A DNA stretch of 36,618 bases from an uncultured Actinomycetes bacterium (GCA_903820565.1 CAIJHZ010000002.1:1-36618), one strand, 5' to 3'; counted from the stretch's first letter, positions 20,563 to 30,189 are shown. Numbers and translations are program-made. Notes: a model not told the origin generated them from the letters alone.

Positions 20563-21061
20563 TGTAGCAATCATCATGGGGTCAGATTCAGATTGGCCTA
20601 CGATGGAAGATGCCGCGAAAGTCTTGGATGATCTTGGAATTTCATATACGGCAGATGTTGTTTCGGCTCATCGCATGCCACTTGAAATGGTCGAGTTCGC
20701 ACAAACAGCACAATCAAAGGGTTATAAAGTAATTATTGCCGGAGCAGGAGGCGCCGCACATTTACCTGGAATGGTTGCATCATTAACTACCCTTCCTGTT
20801 ATCGGTGTGCCGGTTGCCCTAAAAAATCTTGATGGAATGGATTCGCTGCTGTCGATTGTTCAAATGCCAGCAGGTGTTCCGGTGGCAACCGTTGGTGTTG
20901 GTAATGCAAAGAATGCAGCGTTACTTGCTGCAAGAATCCTAGGCGTTGCTGACTCAGCGATTTCTACAAAGGTCGCAGATGGCTTAAAGGAAATTAATAA
21001 GATTGCAAAAGAAAAAGGCGAGAACTTAAACTCTCGTCGCAATCACAAAACAGGTTTTTAA
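20555..21061 (+). CDS. purE: N5-CAIR mutase
   Basis: [37 protein letters not shown]. Confidence 0.97.
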   Translation: MSDVAIIMGSDSDWPTMEDAAKVLDDLGISYTADVVSAHRMPLEMVEFAQTAQSKGYKVIIAGAGGAAHLPGMVASLTTLPVIGVPVALKNLDGMDSLLSIVQMPAGVPVATVGVGNAKNAALLAARILGVADSAISTKVADGLKEINKIAKEKGENLNSRRNHKTGF

Positions 21062-21474
21062 GCTCGAGCCCGATATTCGATAGCAGGGCAGCGATCCATT
21101 ACCGTTAATAATCCTGCAGCTTGAGCACGCGCAATAGCTTCATTATCGACTACATCCAATTGCAACCAAACAGCCTTAGCACCAATTGCTATTGCCTCAT
21201 CTACAACTTTTCCAACAAGTGTTGAATTTACAAAGCAATCAACAACATCTACAGACTCTGGGATATCAGGCAAAGTTTTATAGCCAGTTTCTCCGTGTAC
21301 CACTTCTGCGCGGGGGTACACGGGAATAATTCGATGCCCTTTATCTTGAAGAAGTTTCGCTACACCAAATGCAGCACGCTCAGGATTATTGCCAAGACCA
21401 ACCACTGCCCATGTTTTCAGTGCAAGGACAGCGTCAATTGTTTCCTTGGTATTAATCGGTGCGCCCCAATGCAT
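21058..21474 (-). CDS. CoA-binding domain protein (YccU-like); start uncertain
   Basis: [36 protein letters not shown]; nearest in-frame ATG (21474) overlaps the ugd 3' end. Confidence 0.85.
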   Translation of the reverse strand: MHWGAPINTKETIDAVLALKTWAVVGLGNNPERAAFGVAKLLQDKGHRIIPVYPRAEVVHGETGYKTLPDIPESVDVVDCFVNSTLVGKVVDEAIAIGAKAVWLQLDVVDNEAIARAQAAGLLTVMDRCPAIEYRARA

Positions 21475-22762
21475 GGAACTTCCACCCAGCATTGCGCCAT
21501 AAAGTGCGATCGAGCATATTGCGTCCATCGATAATGATTTTGCTCTTCACTATCGAAGAAATAGCGGCAGGATCGATCTGGCGATACTCCTTCCACTCGG
21601 TCAAGTGAAGGATTAAATCTGAATCTTTGATTGCATCGTTGATTACTTCAGCATAATCAAGGTTGGGAAAACGCTTACGCGCAGGCTCAATACCTTGCGG
21701 ATCATGGATGACAACTTTTGCACCTGCTGCATGCAGCTGAACAGCGATATCTAATGCAGGGGAGTCGCGCACATCATCACTGTCGGGCTTAAAAGTTGCG
21801 CCCAAAACTGCGATTTTGTATTGGCTTAAGTCCTCTGAAAGTTCTCCACGAACAACATCAATCACACGTTGGCGTGCGCGTAAATTAATTGCATCAATTT
21901 CACGTAAGAACTCAAGTGCTTGCTTAGCACCTAGTTCTTCAGCGCGAGCCATAAATGCACGGATATCCTTTGGAAGACAACCTCCGCCAAAGCCGATTCC
22001 TGCCTGCAAAAAACGGTTACCAATGCGAGGGTCGTATCCAATTGCCTTAGCAAGCACCGTCACATCTCCGCCTGCTGCTTCGCACACTTCAGCCATTGCA
22101 TTGATAAATGAAATCTTTGTTGCAAGGAATGAATTAGCCGCAACTTTTACAAGTTCAGATGTTGGTAGATCTGCTCGAACCCACGGAGTCCCTAATGCAA
22201 TCACTGGCTCATAGACCTCTTTGAGAATTTCTTCAGCACGATCATTTGCAACACCAATCACTAAACGGTTTGGTGTCAATGTATCTTCAACTGCAAATCC
22301 TTCACGAAGAAACTCAGGGTTCCAAGCAAGATCTGCTTGAGGTGCAATTGTTGCTAGTTCAGCACGTAATGCTTGCGCCGTTCCAACAGGAACAGTGGAC
22401 TTACCCACAACTAACGATCCATCTTTTAAATATGGAGCAATAGCAGCGACGGCGGATTTTACATACGTTAAATCCGCAGCTAATCCATCTTTGCTTTGCG
22501 GAGTTCCAACACAAACAAAATGAACATCAGCATCTTTAACCCCCGAAAAATCAGTTGTGAATGAGAGCCGACCGGTTTTCATCTCTTGCTCGAGCAATGT
22601 GTCTAGTCCCGGCTCATAAAAGGGAAGCCTTCCACTTTGCAGCAGCGCTACCTTTTCTGGATCTGTATCGACACCAATCACAGTAAAACCAAGTGAGGAC
22701 ATACAAGCAGCGTGGGTGGCTCCTAGATAACCGCAGCCAACAACCGAGAGAGTTAAAGTCAT
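21452..22762 (-). CDS. ugd: UDP-glucose/GDP-mannose dehydrogenase family protein
   Basis: GCGYLG, CVGTP, KSTVPVGT, NPEFLREG, GFGGGCLPKD, FKPDSDDVRDSP, DGRN. Confidence 0.93.
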   Translation of the reverse strand: MTLTLSVVGCGYLGATHAACMSSLGFTVIGVDTDPEKVALLQSGRLPFYEPGLDTLLEQEMKTGRLSFTTDFSGVKDADVHFVCVGTPQSKDGLAADLTYVKSAVAAIAPYLKDGSLVVGKSTVPVGTAQALRAELATIAPQADLAWNPEFLREGFAVEDTLTPNRLVIGVANDRAEEILKEVYEPVIALGTPWVRADLPTSELVKVAANSFLATKISFINAMAEVCEAAGGDVTVLAKAIGYDPRIGNRFLQAGIGFGGGCLPKDIRAFMARAEELGAKQALEFLREIDAINLRARQRVIDVVRGELSEDLSQYKIAVLGATFKPDSDDVRDSPALDIAVQLHAAGAKVVIHDPQGIEPARKRFPNLDYAEVINDAIKDSDLILHLTEWKEYRQIDPAAISSIVKSKIIIDGRNMLDRTLWRNAGWKFHALGRTD

Positions 22763-22772
22763 GTGGGGGAGT

Positions 22773-23888
22773 TTACTTCAGAGCCCCGCAAGGATTTTCA
22801 TCAGCGGTACGAGTCTTAAATTTATCAATCACAGTAGGTGATGCCGTTGCAGTAGAAGAGGCCGATGGAGATGGGGTTACTTCGTCAATGAGCGGCAAAT
22901 CTTCACGTAATCGATTGAATAGTTCAGGGGCTAATGCTGGATCCCAAATTACAACTGAGCCAAGTCCTGGGAATCGTGCATTGACATCGCTCAGCGGAAT
23001 CGTCAAAGTACGCACTTTACTGGGAGAAAGATTCTTCATTTGCTTTGCAAGAGTTAATAGATCGCTCTGGTTAAGCTCGGAATCTGTCGTAACAGTTGCT
23101 ATTGCTGCATTAAAGAAATTAACTAATTTTATCGGATTGAGAAGCACGCCGGTGCTTGTTACCTTTCTCAGTAATGCGCCCATAAATTGTTGTTGACGTT
23201 GCATACGCCCAAGATCGCCCATGCCATCAAAATCACGGGTGCGAACATATTTAAGTGACTCAACACCATCGAGTGTATGAATTCCTGCAGCTAAAACTAG
23301 GTGGCTACCTGGATCATTAATATCTTTCTTAGTACACACGTCGATTCCGCCAAGTGCATCCACCATGCCGGCAAATCCTGCAAAACCAATTTCAATATAG
23401 TGATCAATACGAACACCAGTTTCATTTTCAACGGTTTGAATTAGAAGTGGCGCCCCACCCCAGGCGAAAGCAGCATTAATTTTTCCTTTAGCCGCCGGAA
23501 TAATTCTGGTTTTATCTAAAGATGACACATGTTCAGGAATTGTCACTAATGAATCTCGAGGGATCGAAATTAGCGTTGCTTTGTCACGCGCTTTAGATAT
23601 ATGAACAAGCAACATAGTGTCAGAACGAGAACCCGCAGCAGTTGCAGTTGATCCAACTCGGAGCAATTTTCGTTGTTCTTTTGTTAAACCTTCACGAGTA
23701 TCGGATCCAACGAGAAGGTAGTTAAGGGCTTTATTTGGTTTATCGGGGCGAGAATTCAAAGTACCAAAAACATCGATTCGATCGATGGCGCCGCTGACCT
23801 GACCTAGGCTGAACCAAGAAAATGCGGAGATAAGGACAACTCCCACTGATAGTGAGGTAATAATCCGAATTGCCCGCGTTGATTTCAC
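22773..23888 (-). CDS. LCP (LytR-CpsA-Psr) family glycopolymer transferase
   Basis: N-terminal TM; LLVGSDTR, RSDTMLL, SIPRDS, KINAAF, YVRTR, DLGRMQRQQ. Confidence 0.94.
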   Translation of the reverse strand: MKSTRAIRIITSLSVGVVLISAFSWFSLGQVSGAIDRIDVFGTLNSRPDKPNKALNYLLVGSDTREGLTKEQRKLLRVGSTATAAGSRSDTMLLVHISKARDKATLISIPRDSLVTIPEHVSSLDKTRIIPAAKGKINAAFAWGGAPLLIQTVENETGVRIDHYIEIGFAGFAGMVDALGGIDVCTKKDINDPGSHLVLAAGIHTLDGVESLKYVRTRDFDGMGDLGRMQRQQQFMGALLRKVTSTGVLLNPIKLVNFFNAAIATVTTDSELNQSDLLTLAKQMKNLSPSKVRTLTIPLSDVNARFPGLGSVVIWDPALAPELFNRLREDLPLIDEVTPSPSASSTATASPTVIDKFKTRTADENPCGALK

Positions 23889-23924
23889 TGTCCGAGAGTA
23901 CTTGAGCGATAGCGTGTGCGCGTT

Positions 23925-24935
23925 ATGCCGACATCAGCTAATGAGTTATATGGCTCACCGAAACGAGAGATTTCGGTAATTCTGCCTGCCTTGAATGAGG
24001 AGAAGTATTTAGAGGATGCTGTGAACGCAATTCTTGCTCAACAATACGATGGAAAGATCGAAGTGATTCTGGCAGTTGGGCCATCGCAGGACAAGACTCT
24101 AGAGATTGCACAGCGATTGCACATTAAGGACTCTCGAGTTGTAGTTGTCGCGAATCCAACTGGTCGAACTGCAGCGGGCCTGAATCTCGCAATTGCAGCA
24201 TCCCAGTATTCAATAATTGTTCGAGTCGATGGCCATGCAAATATCCCTGTCAACTATTGTCAATTGGTCTCAGAGATTTTAGAAAGTACGGGCGCAGTCA
24301 ATGTTGGTGGAGTTATGGCAGCAGAAGGCCAATCTCTATTTGAGCGATCTGTCGCGCGTGCTATGCGAAGCCCACTTGGTGTTGGTGCTTCCAGATTCCA
24401 CACCGGAGGTGGCGCCGGAGAGGTCGATACTGTTTATCTGGGCGCATTTAGAAAAGATGCACTGCTTGCAGTTGGCGGTTTTGATGAGAGATTTACTCGC
24501 GCTCAAGACTGGGAATTAAATTATAGGCTGCGTCAAGCAGGTGGAGTTATTTACTTTGATCCACGACTAATTGTTACGTACCGCCCACGATCAACTGTTA
24601 AGACATTAGCAAAACAATATTTTCAATACGGTCGATGGCGGCGAGTGGTATCACGTCGTCATCAGGGCACTATTAATTACCGCTATCTAGCTCCACCATT
24701 AACTGTTGCGACAACAGCGATTTCTCTTCTTGCGGGTTGGCTAGTTTCACCAGTTCTATTAATTCCGGCCCTTGTTTATGCTGTGTTTATTCTGCTTGCA
24801 TCTGTAGTAATTGGAAAAAGTGCGGGTGAAATTCTGTGTTTGCCCACAATTTTGCTAACAATGCATATTTCATGGGGGCTTGGATTTCTTACTTCACCTA
24901 AGTCTCTTGCCCCTGATGTAACCTTGCACCCGTGA
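23925..24935 (+). CDS. GT2 glycosyltransferase (ExoA-like) with C-terminal TM helices
   Basis: SVILPALNEE, RVDGH, GGFDE, QDWELNYRLR, QYFQYGRWR; start could also be GTG 23916. Confidence 0.88.
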   Translation: MPTSANELYGSPKREISVILPALNEEKYLEDAVNAILAQQYDGKIEVILAVGPSQDKTLEIAQRLHIKDSRVVVVANPTGRTAAGLNLAIAASQYSIIVRVDGHANIPVNYCQLVSEILESTGAVNVGGVMAAEGQSLFERSVARAMRSPLGVGASRFHTGGGAGEVDTVYLGAFRKDALLAVGGFDERFTRAQDWELNYRLRQAGGVIYFDPRLIVTYRPRSTVKTLAKQYFQYGRWRRVVSRRHQGTINYRYLAPPLTVATTAISLLAGWLVSPVLLIPALVYAVFILLASVVIGKSAGEILCLPTILLTMHISWGLGFLTSPKSLAPDVTLHP

Positions 24936-25759
24936 GCACACCACTGCAGGTATATGAGCCATTTAAAGCTGGCCTGCCCAAATTAGGTCGTTACGGGAAA
25001 TCTTTATGGTCAAGGCGTACCTTTATAAAGGAGTACTCCAAATCAGAGCTTCGGGAGCAACATTTTGACTCGGTATTCGGGCAATTATGGTTAGTTCTCA
25101 ACCCGCTACTACTTTCAGCGGTTTACTTTATTTTGATCGTCATTATTGGTGGCACTTCAGATAGTGCGCGATATGCGCACTTAACTGCAAGCCTATTTCT
25201 ATTTTACTTGATTGCAAACAGTCTTACCGGTGGCGTCAAATCTGTGACCGCTGGTCAGCGGTTGATTCTTAACACCGCTTTTCCACGGATCATGCTGCCG
25301 ATTTCAGCGCTAGTAATAGCGATATTTAAGTTTTTACCAACACTCATTGTTTTCGTAGTCATCAAAGCAATTTTTGGCTCGCCCTTTACAATTGAAATGC
25401 TCTGGGCTATTCCAGTGTTATTGATAACGATTTTTCTGGCATTAGGACTGGCAATAACAATTTCCTGTGTCAATGTTTATTTCAGGGACATTGCAAGTTT
25501 TTTACCTTATTTAACTCGAACACTTCTGTACTTATCACCCATACTGTATGAAGCATCCGCCCTAAGGCCAAGTCTTCGTGTGATAGAGATATTCAATCCA
25601 CTTTTCCCAATTTTGGATTCATGGTCGCGCGTAATGGTTCAAGGAGAAGCTCCCCAACTTTCAAGCATGCTTCAGGGTCTCGCGTGGGCCACGGGCATCT
25701 TCTTTATCGGCACTTATTTCTTCTTATCGAGGGAGCGTGAGTTCGCTGTCCGTCTCTAA
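24932..25759 (+). CDS. ABC-2 polysaccharide/teichoic-acid exporter permease (Wzm/TagG-like)
   Basis: FGQLWLVLNPLL, FPR, YFRDI, YLSPILY, FNP; multi-TM. Confidence 0.9.
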   Translation: MSTPLQVYEPFKAGLPKLGRYGKSLWSRRTFIKEYSKSELREQHFDSVFGQLWLVLNPLLLSAVYFILIVIIGGTSDSARYAHLTASLFLFYLIANSLTGGVKSVTAGQRLILNTAFPRIMLPISALVIAIFKFLPTLIVFVVIKAIFGSPFTIEMLWAIPVLLITIFLALGLAITISCVNVYFRDIASFLPYLTRTLLYLSPILYEASALRPSLRVIEIFNPLFPILDSWSRVMVQGEAPQLSSMLQGLAWATGIFFIGTYFFLSREREFAVRL

Positions 25760-25766
25760 TTCGCAC

Positions 25767-26540
25767 ATGACAAATGAACTCGCGGTTTCAATCCGTGGAG
25801 TAGGACTCACTTACACAACTTCAATTGATAAGAAGCCGACACTTAAATCTCGTGCAAAATCTTTGGGGCGTGGTAAAAAACTAACGCGCGTTGTCCGTGC
25901 ACTCGATGAGATTGATCTAGATATTAAATACGGCCAAGTATTAGGTGTTATCGGAACAAACGGTGCAGGTAAGTCTTCATTAATGCGCTGCGTTGCTGGC
26001 ATCTTGCCTCCTTCCCAGGGCCGTATCGAGGTTTTTGGTTCTGTCAGCACATTGCTAGCGCTAGGCGTCGGATTTAATCCATCAATGTCTGGTCGTGACA
26101 ATGTGTTCCTTGGCGGATTAGCGGCGGGAATGTCCCGTGATGAAATTGCGGGCAATTTTGATGAGATAGCGGAGTTTTCAGAACTGGGTGACGCGATCGA
26201 TGCACCAATGCGGACATATTCATCAGGAATGTACGCACGGTTAGCCTTTTCTGTAGCAGCTGTTGTTCGCCCTGACATTTTAATTATAGATGAAGCCCTG
26301 AGTACCGGAGATGCAAAATTTAAGGAAAAGAGTCTCAACCGCGTGAAAGAGCTGCGCAGTAATGACCGAGCTCTAATTTTAGTGAGCCATGCAATGCAGA
26401 CCGTACGCGAAACCTGTAACGATGTTGCATGGTTGCATAAGGGAAAGCTCATACAGCGGGGTGAACCCAACGAAGTAATTGATGCCTATCAAGAGTTCTT
26501 ACACCTTGGAAAGAGCGCAGCAATTGATGAGGATGTTTAA
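25767..26540 (+). CDS. Polysaccharide/teichoic-acid exporter ATPase (Wzt/TagH-like, no C-terminal carbohydrate-binding domain)
   Basis: GTNGAGKS, YSSGMYARLAF, IIDEALSTGD, VSH; ATG 25767 preferred over GTG 25737. Confidence 0.9.
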   Translation: MTNELAVSIRGVGLTYTTSIDKKPTLKSRAKSLGRGKKLTRVVRALDEIDLDIKYGQVLGVIGTNGAGKSSLMRCVAGILPPSQGRIEVFGSVSTLLALGVGFNPSMSGRDNVFLGGLAAGMSRDEIAGNFDEIAEFSELGDAIDAPMRTYSSGMYARLAFSVAAVVRPDILIIDEALSTGDAKFKEKSLNRVKELRSNDRALILVSHAMQTVRETCNDVAWLHKGKLIQRGEPNEVIDAYQEFLHLGKSAAIDEDV

Positions 26541-27804
26541 ACCTTTATTTCTGGCACTTAGTGTTGCCATAGCTTTTCCATTGCAATCTTCGGCCATTGA
26601 AGTACCTGCAGTATTTCAGGTACAAGGTGCTGGGTATGGTCATGGAGTTGGTATGAGCCAAATTGGCGCAAGAGCAAAAGCATTAGCTGGTGAAACCGCC
26701 ACTGCAATTCTTTCTTATTACTACAAAGATGTTGCGATTGAACCATTAGATGATACAAAAATTTTGCGAGTAAACGTTGGGCATTTATTAACTTCTGCGA
26801 AAATGGCATCCGGAACGCAAGATGCAGTGCTACAAATTTTTAGTGGTGACATTGGTGCTGCACAGGACGTTGTTCCGTTAGCGGTTGTATCAGTTAAAAG
26901 TTCATTGAATTTCACTATTGTGGGCTCAACAGTATTGCCTAGTATTGTTACAGGAAAGAAAACCGTCAGTATTCCACGGGAACGAATCTTCACAGTTCGC
27001 TGGAGCGGGACTCGTTATTTAGCTGGTGTTGACGGAGTCATTTCTTTAACTCACAACAGCGCCACAAAAAAGTATCGTTACGGTCAGATGCAATTTAGGG
27101 CAGTTAAGACAACAACACTTGGGTATCGACTCGAAATTACAAATTCTGTTCGGTTATCTGATGAGTATTTGTGGGGCGTGAGTGAAGTTCCCTCATCCTG
27201 GCCAGAGGCAGCACTGCAAGCACAAGCGATTGCCTCTAGAACATATGCGATGAGCAAAGCTGGCATCTATCGAGCGGTGTGTGATTGCGACCTTTATGGC
27301 GAGATTTCAGATCAAACTTTCTTGGGGTATGCAAAGGAAACGGAGAAAGGATGGGGGCAATTGTGGAAAGCAGCGGTGACAAACACCGCTGGCCTCACAC
27401 TGACTCAAGGCGGTAAACCCATAGCTGCATATTTTTCTAGTTCAAGTGGTGGACAGACTGAAACTTCAGTCAATGCCTGGGGAACCGAGAAGAGCTACAC
27501 ACAATCGGTTGCAGATCTTTCCAGCCTGGACCCAGTACTTAATCCACGCTTTTATAAATGGGATCGCACAATTACCCAGGCTTCAGTTGCAGAAGCTTTT
27601 GCACTCCCTGACGTGGTTACTTTAGAGATAATTAAGAAAAATGCTAGCGGCACTGTTGCAACAATAAAAGCAACTTCTAGTGCGGGAATTCAAAAGAGTT
27701 TACGAGGTGAAACCTTTAGAAGTCGAACCAAAATTCCATCTGCCTACTTTGCATTAGTTGGCATGCAAAATGCTGTTGAGCCCACCCCAAGTCCCAGTCC
27801 GTAA
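26533..27804 (+). CDS. Secreted SpoIID/LytB-domain lytic transglycosylase-like protein
   Basis: Signal peptide [21 protein letters not shown]; [13 protein letters not shown]; [27 protein letters not shown]; FSSSSGGQT. Confidence 0.88.
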   Translation: MFKPLFLALSVAIAFPLQSSAIEVPAVFQVQGAGYGHGVGMSQIGARAKALAGETATAILSYYYKDVAIEPLDDTKILRVNVGHLLTSAKMASGTQDAVLQIFSGDIGAAQDVVPLAVVSVKSSLNFTIVGSTVLPSIVTGKKTVSIPRERIFTVRWSGTRYLAGVDGVISLTHNSATKKYRYGQMQFRAVKTTTLGYRLEITNSVRLSDEYLWGVSEVPSSWPEAALQAQAIASRTYAMSKAGIYRAVCDCDLYGEISDQTFLGYAKETEKGWGQLWKAAVTNTAGLTLTQGGKPIAAYFSSSSGGQTETSVNAWGTEKSYTQSVADLSSLDPVLNPRFYKWDRTITQASVAEAFALPDVVTLEIIKKNASGTVATIKATSSAGIQKSLRGETFRSRTKIPSAYFALVGMQNAVEPTPSPSP

Positions 27805-28671
27805 TACAACCTCTAAGCAACCATCGAGCGAATTACGTCGGAACAAAAGATTGCTTGCGCCAGATAGTGTCCCTGCCTTAACAATTTCGCCATCAGGAAG
27901 TCTTACCTTTGCTGCAGCTGTTATGTAAGTACCAGCTTCGATTACGCAGTTATCACCAAGTGAAATACCAAGACCTGAGTTTGCGCCGAGCAAACATTTT
28001 TCACCAATCGAAATAACTTCTTTCCCTCCACCACTTAAAGTTCCCATAATCGATGCTCCGCCACCGACATCAGTGCCATCTCCAACTACAACACCAGCAG
28101 AGATACGACCTTCGACCATTGAAGTTCCTAATGTTCCAGCATTGAAGTTAACAAAACCTTCGTGCATGACTGTTGTTCCGGAGGCAAGGTGTGCACCTAA
28201 TCGAACACGATCTGCATCTGCGATTCGAACTCCACTTGGAACGACGTAATCAACCATTCGAGGGAACTTATCAACTCCATAAACACTGACATGTCCATAC
28301 GCAGCTTTTAAACGTGCGCGAGTAATTTCAAATCCTTCGACAGGACACGGACCTGCTGATGTCCACACAACATTGCTCAGTAATCCAAAAATTCCATCAA
28401 GTGCAACTCCGTGAGGCTTTACAAGTCGGTGCGAGAGCAAATGCAATCGCAGATAAGCATCAGCTGCATTTGCTGGTGCTTTTGTAATATCGATCTCGAT
28501 GCTGATTACTTCACGACTAATAGCGCGAGCTGCATCTACACCAGCTAATGCAGTTAATTCTGCAGGAGCCGAACCAGAAATCGCGGACAAAGAAGGGGAT
28601 GGGAACCAAACATCCAAAGTAGTTCCATTGGAGATAGTTGCGATTCCGTGGCCAGATGCAATGGTGGTCAT
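27754..28671 (-). CDS. dapD: Tetrahydrodipicolinate N-succinyltransferase (actinobacterial type)
   Basis: [52 protein letters not shown]. Confidence 0.95.
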   Translation of the reverse strand: MTTIASGHGIATISNGTTLDVWFPSPSLSAISGSAPAELTALAGVDAARAISREVISIEIDITKAPANAADAYLRLHLLSHRLVKPHGVALDGIFGLLSNVVWTSAGPCPVEGFEITRARLKAAYGHVSVYGVDKFPRMVDYVVPSGVRIADADRVRLGAHLASGTTVMHEGFVNFNAGTLGTSMVEGRISAGVVVGDGTDVGGGASIMGTLSGGGKEVISIGEKCLLGANSGLGISLGDNCVIEAGTYITAAAKVRLPDGEIVKAGTLSGASNLLFRRNSLDGCLEVVLRTGTWGGLNSILHAN

Positions 28672-28701
28672 GTCCTAAGCCTAGCCTCTATTGTTAGCCG
28701 T
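28672..28701. promoter_or_regulatory. Back-to-back putative leaderless promoters dapD/LOG
   Basis: - strand TAGGCT (28683-28678)-6 nt-ATG 28671; + strand TATTGT (28689-28694)-7 nt-ATG 28702. Confidence 0.7.
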
Positions 28702-29235
28702 ATGCGTATTGCCGTCTTCTGCTCATCATCCCCAACGATTGATAGTAAGTATGTAGATCTAGCCTACGAACTCGGGCAGGGAATTGGTGCAACAGCTAAC
28801 GAATTAGTTACAGGCGGCGGCCATATTTCCATGATGGGCGCTGTCTCCCGCGGTGCTCGCGACAACGGTGGCAAGACTATAGGCGTTATTCCGCAGGCAC
28901 TTGTAGATATTGAATTTGCCGATCATGACAATGACGAACTCCATGTAGTTGAAACCATGGGTCAACGCAAACATATGATTACTGATATTTCAGATGCATT
29001 CATAACTTTGCCAGGTGGTGCCGGGACCCTAGAAGAGTTCTTCGAAATTTGGGTCGGACATTATTTAAAGTTTCACACTAAGCCAGTTGTAATCTTGGAC
29101 CCATTTGAAATTTATAAACCTCTGCATCAGCTAATAGTTCATCTTGAGGAAGAAAAATTCATAAAGCCCGGTATGCGGGAAATAGTCCAATGGACTACAA
29201 ATGTTGATGATGCATTGAAAGCTTGTGGTGTATGA
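28702..29235 (+). CDS. LOG-family nucleotide phosphoribohydrolase (TIGR00730-like)
   Basis: IAVFCSS, TGGG, MGAV, RK, PGGAGTLEE; start moved to ATG 28702. Confidence 0.92.
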   Translation: MRIAVFCSSSPTIDSKYVDLAYELGQGIGATANELVTGGGHISMMGAVSRGARDNGGKTIGVIPQALVDIEFADHDNDELHVVETMGQRKHMITDISDAFITLPGGAGTLEEFFEIWVGHYLKFHTKPVVILDPFEIYKPLHQLIVHLEEEKFIKPGMREIVQWTTNVDDALKACGV

Positions 29236-29666
29236 GAAGTAACCACATTGCAATGAGTCTTGTAATTGATGCTCCAATTGAAAAGGTGTGGGCGGCTCTT
29301 GCAGATTGGGAGTCTCAAGGTGATTGGATGTTGCAAACTACCGTTGAGGTCACTTCGCAGATTCGCGAAGGTGTAGGCACATCAATCTCTGCATTTACGG
29401 GGATAGGTAAATTCGGAGTTATGGACCATATGATTGTCACTGCATGGCAACCTCCACACATCTGCGATGTTGTGCATACCGGGAAAATTATCAAGGGAAC
29501 TGGTCGATTTGAATTAGTTGCAATCGATACAGACACAACGCGATTTGATTGGTCCGAAGAGATCGTGGCTCCACGAGCGCTGTTTCTACTTATCGCCCTA
29601 GGTTTGTACGCTGGTGTCCGTATTTCACTGACCAACCTCAGCCGCCGTTTGCGTCATAGAAAGTAA
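29232..29666 (+). CDS. SRPBCC/START-like (polyketide cyclase-fold) protein
   Basis: IDAPIEKVWAALADWE..W, GVGT, WQPP, FDWSEE; ATGA overlap with LOG. Confidence 0.82.
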   Translation: MRSNHIAMSLVIDAPIEKVWAALADWESQGDWMLQTTVEVTSQIREGVGTSISAFTGIGKFGVMDHMIVTAWQPPHICDVVHTGKIIKGTGRFELVAIDTDTTRFDWSEEIVAPRALFLLIALGLYAGVRISLTNLSRRLRHRK

Positions 29667-29689
29667 GGTAAAAGAAGTAAACTAAGCCA

Positions 29690-29884
29690 ATGGGCAAGAA
29701 ATCGCAGACTCTGGCAGATGCGATTGCCTCATTGCCGGATGAAGAGCGCATCATCTTGACGATGCACTACCTCAAATCAATGTCTGCGGCCGAGATTGCT
29801 GCGATGTTAGGGGTACCAGAGCGGTCTGCAGCTGCGATCATCAAGCAAGGCAAGGCCAGATTGAGCGCAATTGTGGGTATTTAA
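29690..29884 (+). CDS. Stand-alone sigma-70 region-4 HTH mini-protein (64 aa)
   Basis: LADAIASLPDEERIILTMHY..MSAAEIAAMLGV....I..GKARL matches the sigma region 4 pattern; own TAAACT-6 nt-ATG. Confidence 0.82.
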   Translation: MGKKSQTLADAIASLPDEERIILTMHYLKSMSAAEIAAMLGVPERSAAAIIKQGKARLSAIVGI

Positions 29885-29896
29885 GGCCGCATCCCG

Positions 29897-29925
29897 ATTT
29901 CGCACAACAGAGCATTGTGCGAGAT
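29897..29925. repeat. Inverted repeat (hairpin or operator)
   Basis: ATTTCGCACAA-CAGAGCA-TTGTGCGAGAT: perfect 8-bp arms, extendable to 11 with one G-T pair. Confidence 0.8.
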
Positions 29926-29978
29926 ACTTACCCCCTTGCTTTAAAAAGAGTTATTCAACCGATTAGAGGAGTCCCCAT

Positions 29979-30158
29979 ATGGCAGCCATGAAACCCCGCA
30001 CTGGTGATGGTCCAATGGAGGTCACAAAGGAAGCTCGCTCTTTAGTTATGCGAATCCCTCTAGAAGGTGGCGGCCGCTTAGTCGTTGAAATGAACGCTGA
30101 AGAAGCCAACAATCTCAGTGCCGCGTTACACGCCGCAGTCGCACTAGTTAAGAAGTAA
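29979..30158 (+). CDS. DUF3117 family protein (59 aa; not in the ORF track)
   Basis: Hand translation MAAMKPRTGDGPMEVTKEARSLVMRIPLEGGGRLVVEMNAEEANNLSAALHAAVALVKK; SD AGAGGAG at 29965-29971. Confidence 0.95.
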   Translation: MAAMKPRTGDGPMEVTKEARSLVMRIPLEGGGRLVVEMNAEEANNLSAALHAAVALVKK

Positions 30159-30189
30159 TTCCTTTTCCAAGGCACTAGCCTTACTAATC

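Noticed and set aside
22830-22885. Ser/Thr/Pro-rich low-complexity stretch in LCP
   Set aside because: Common linker in actinobacterial surface proteins
25811-26470. 219-aa antisense ORF
   Set aside because: Shadow of the wzt ATPase; no recognisable family
29963-30175. 70-aa minus-strand ORF in the track
   Set aside because: Antisense to the real DUF3117 gene, which has an SD and the family motif
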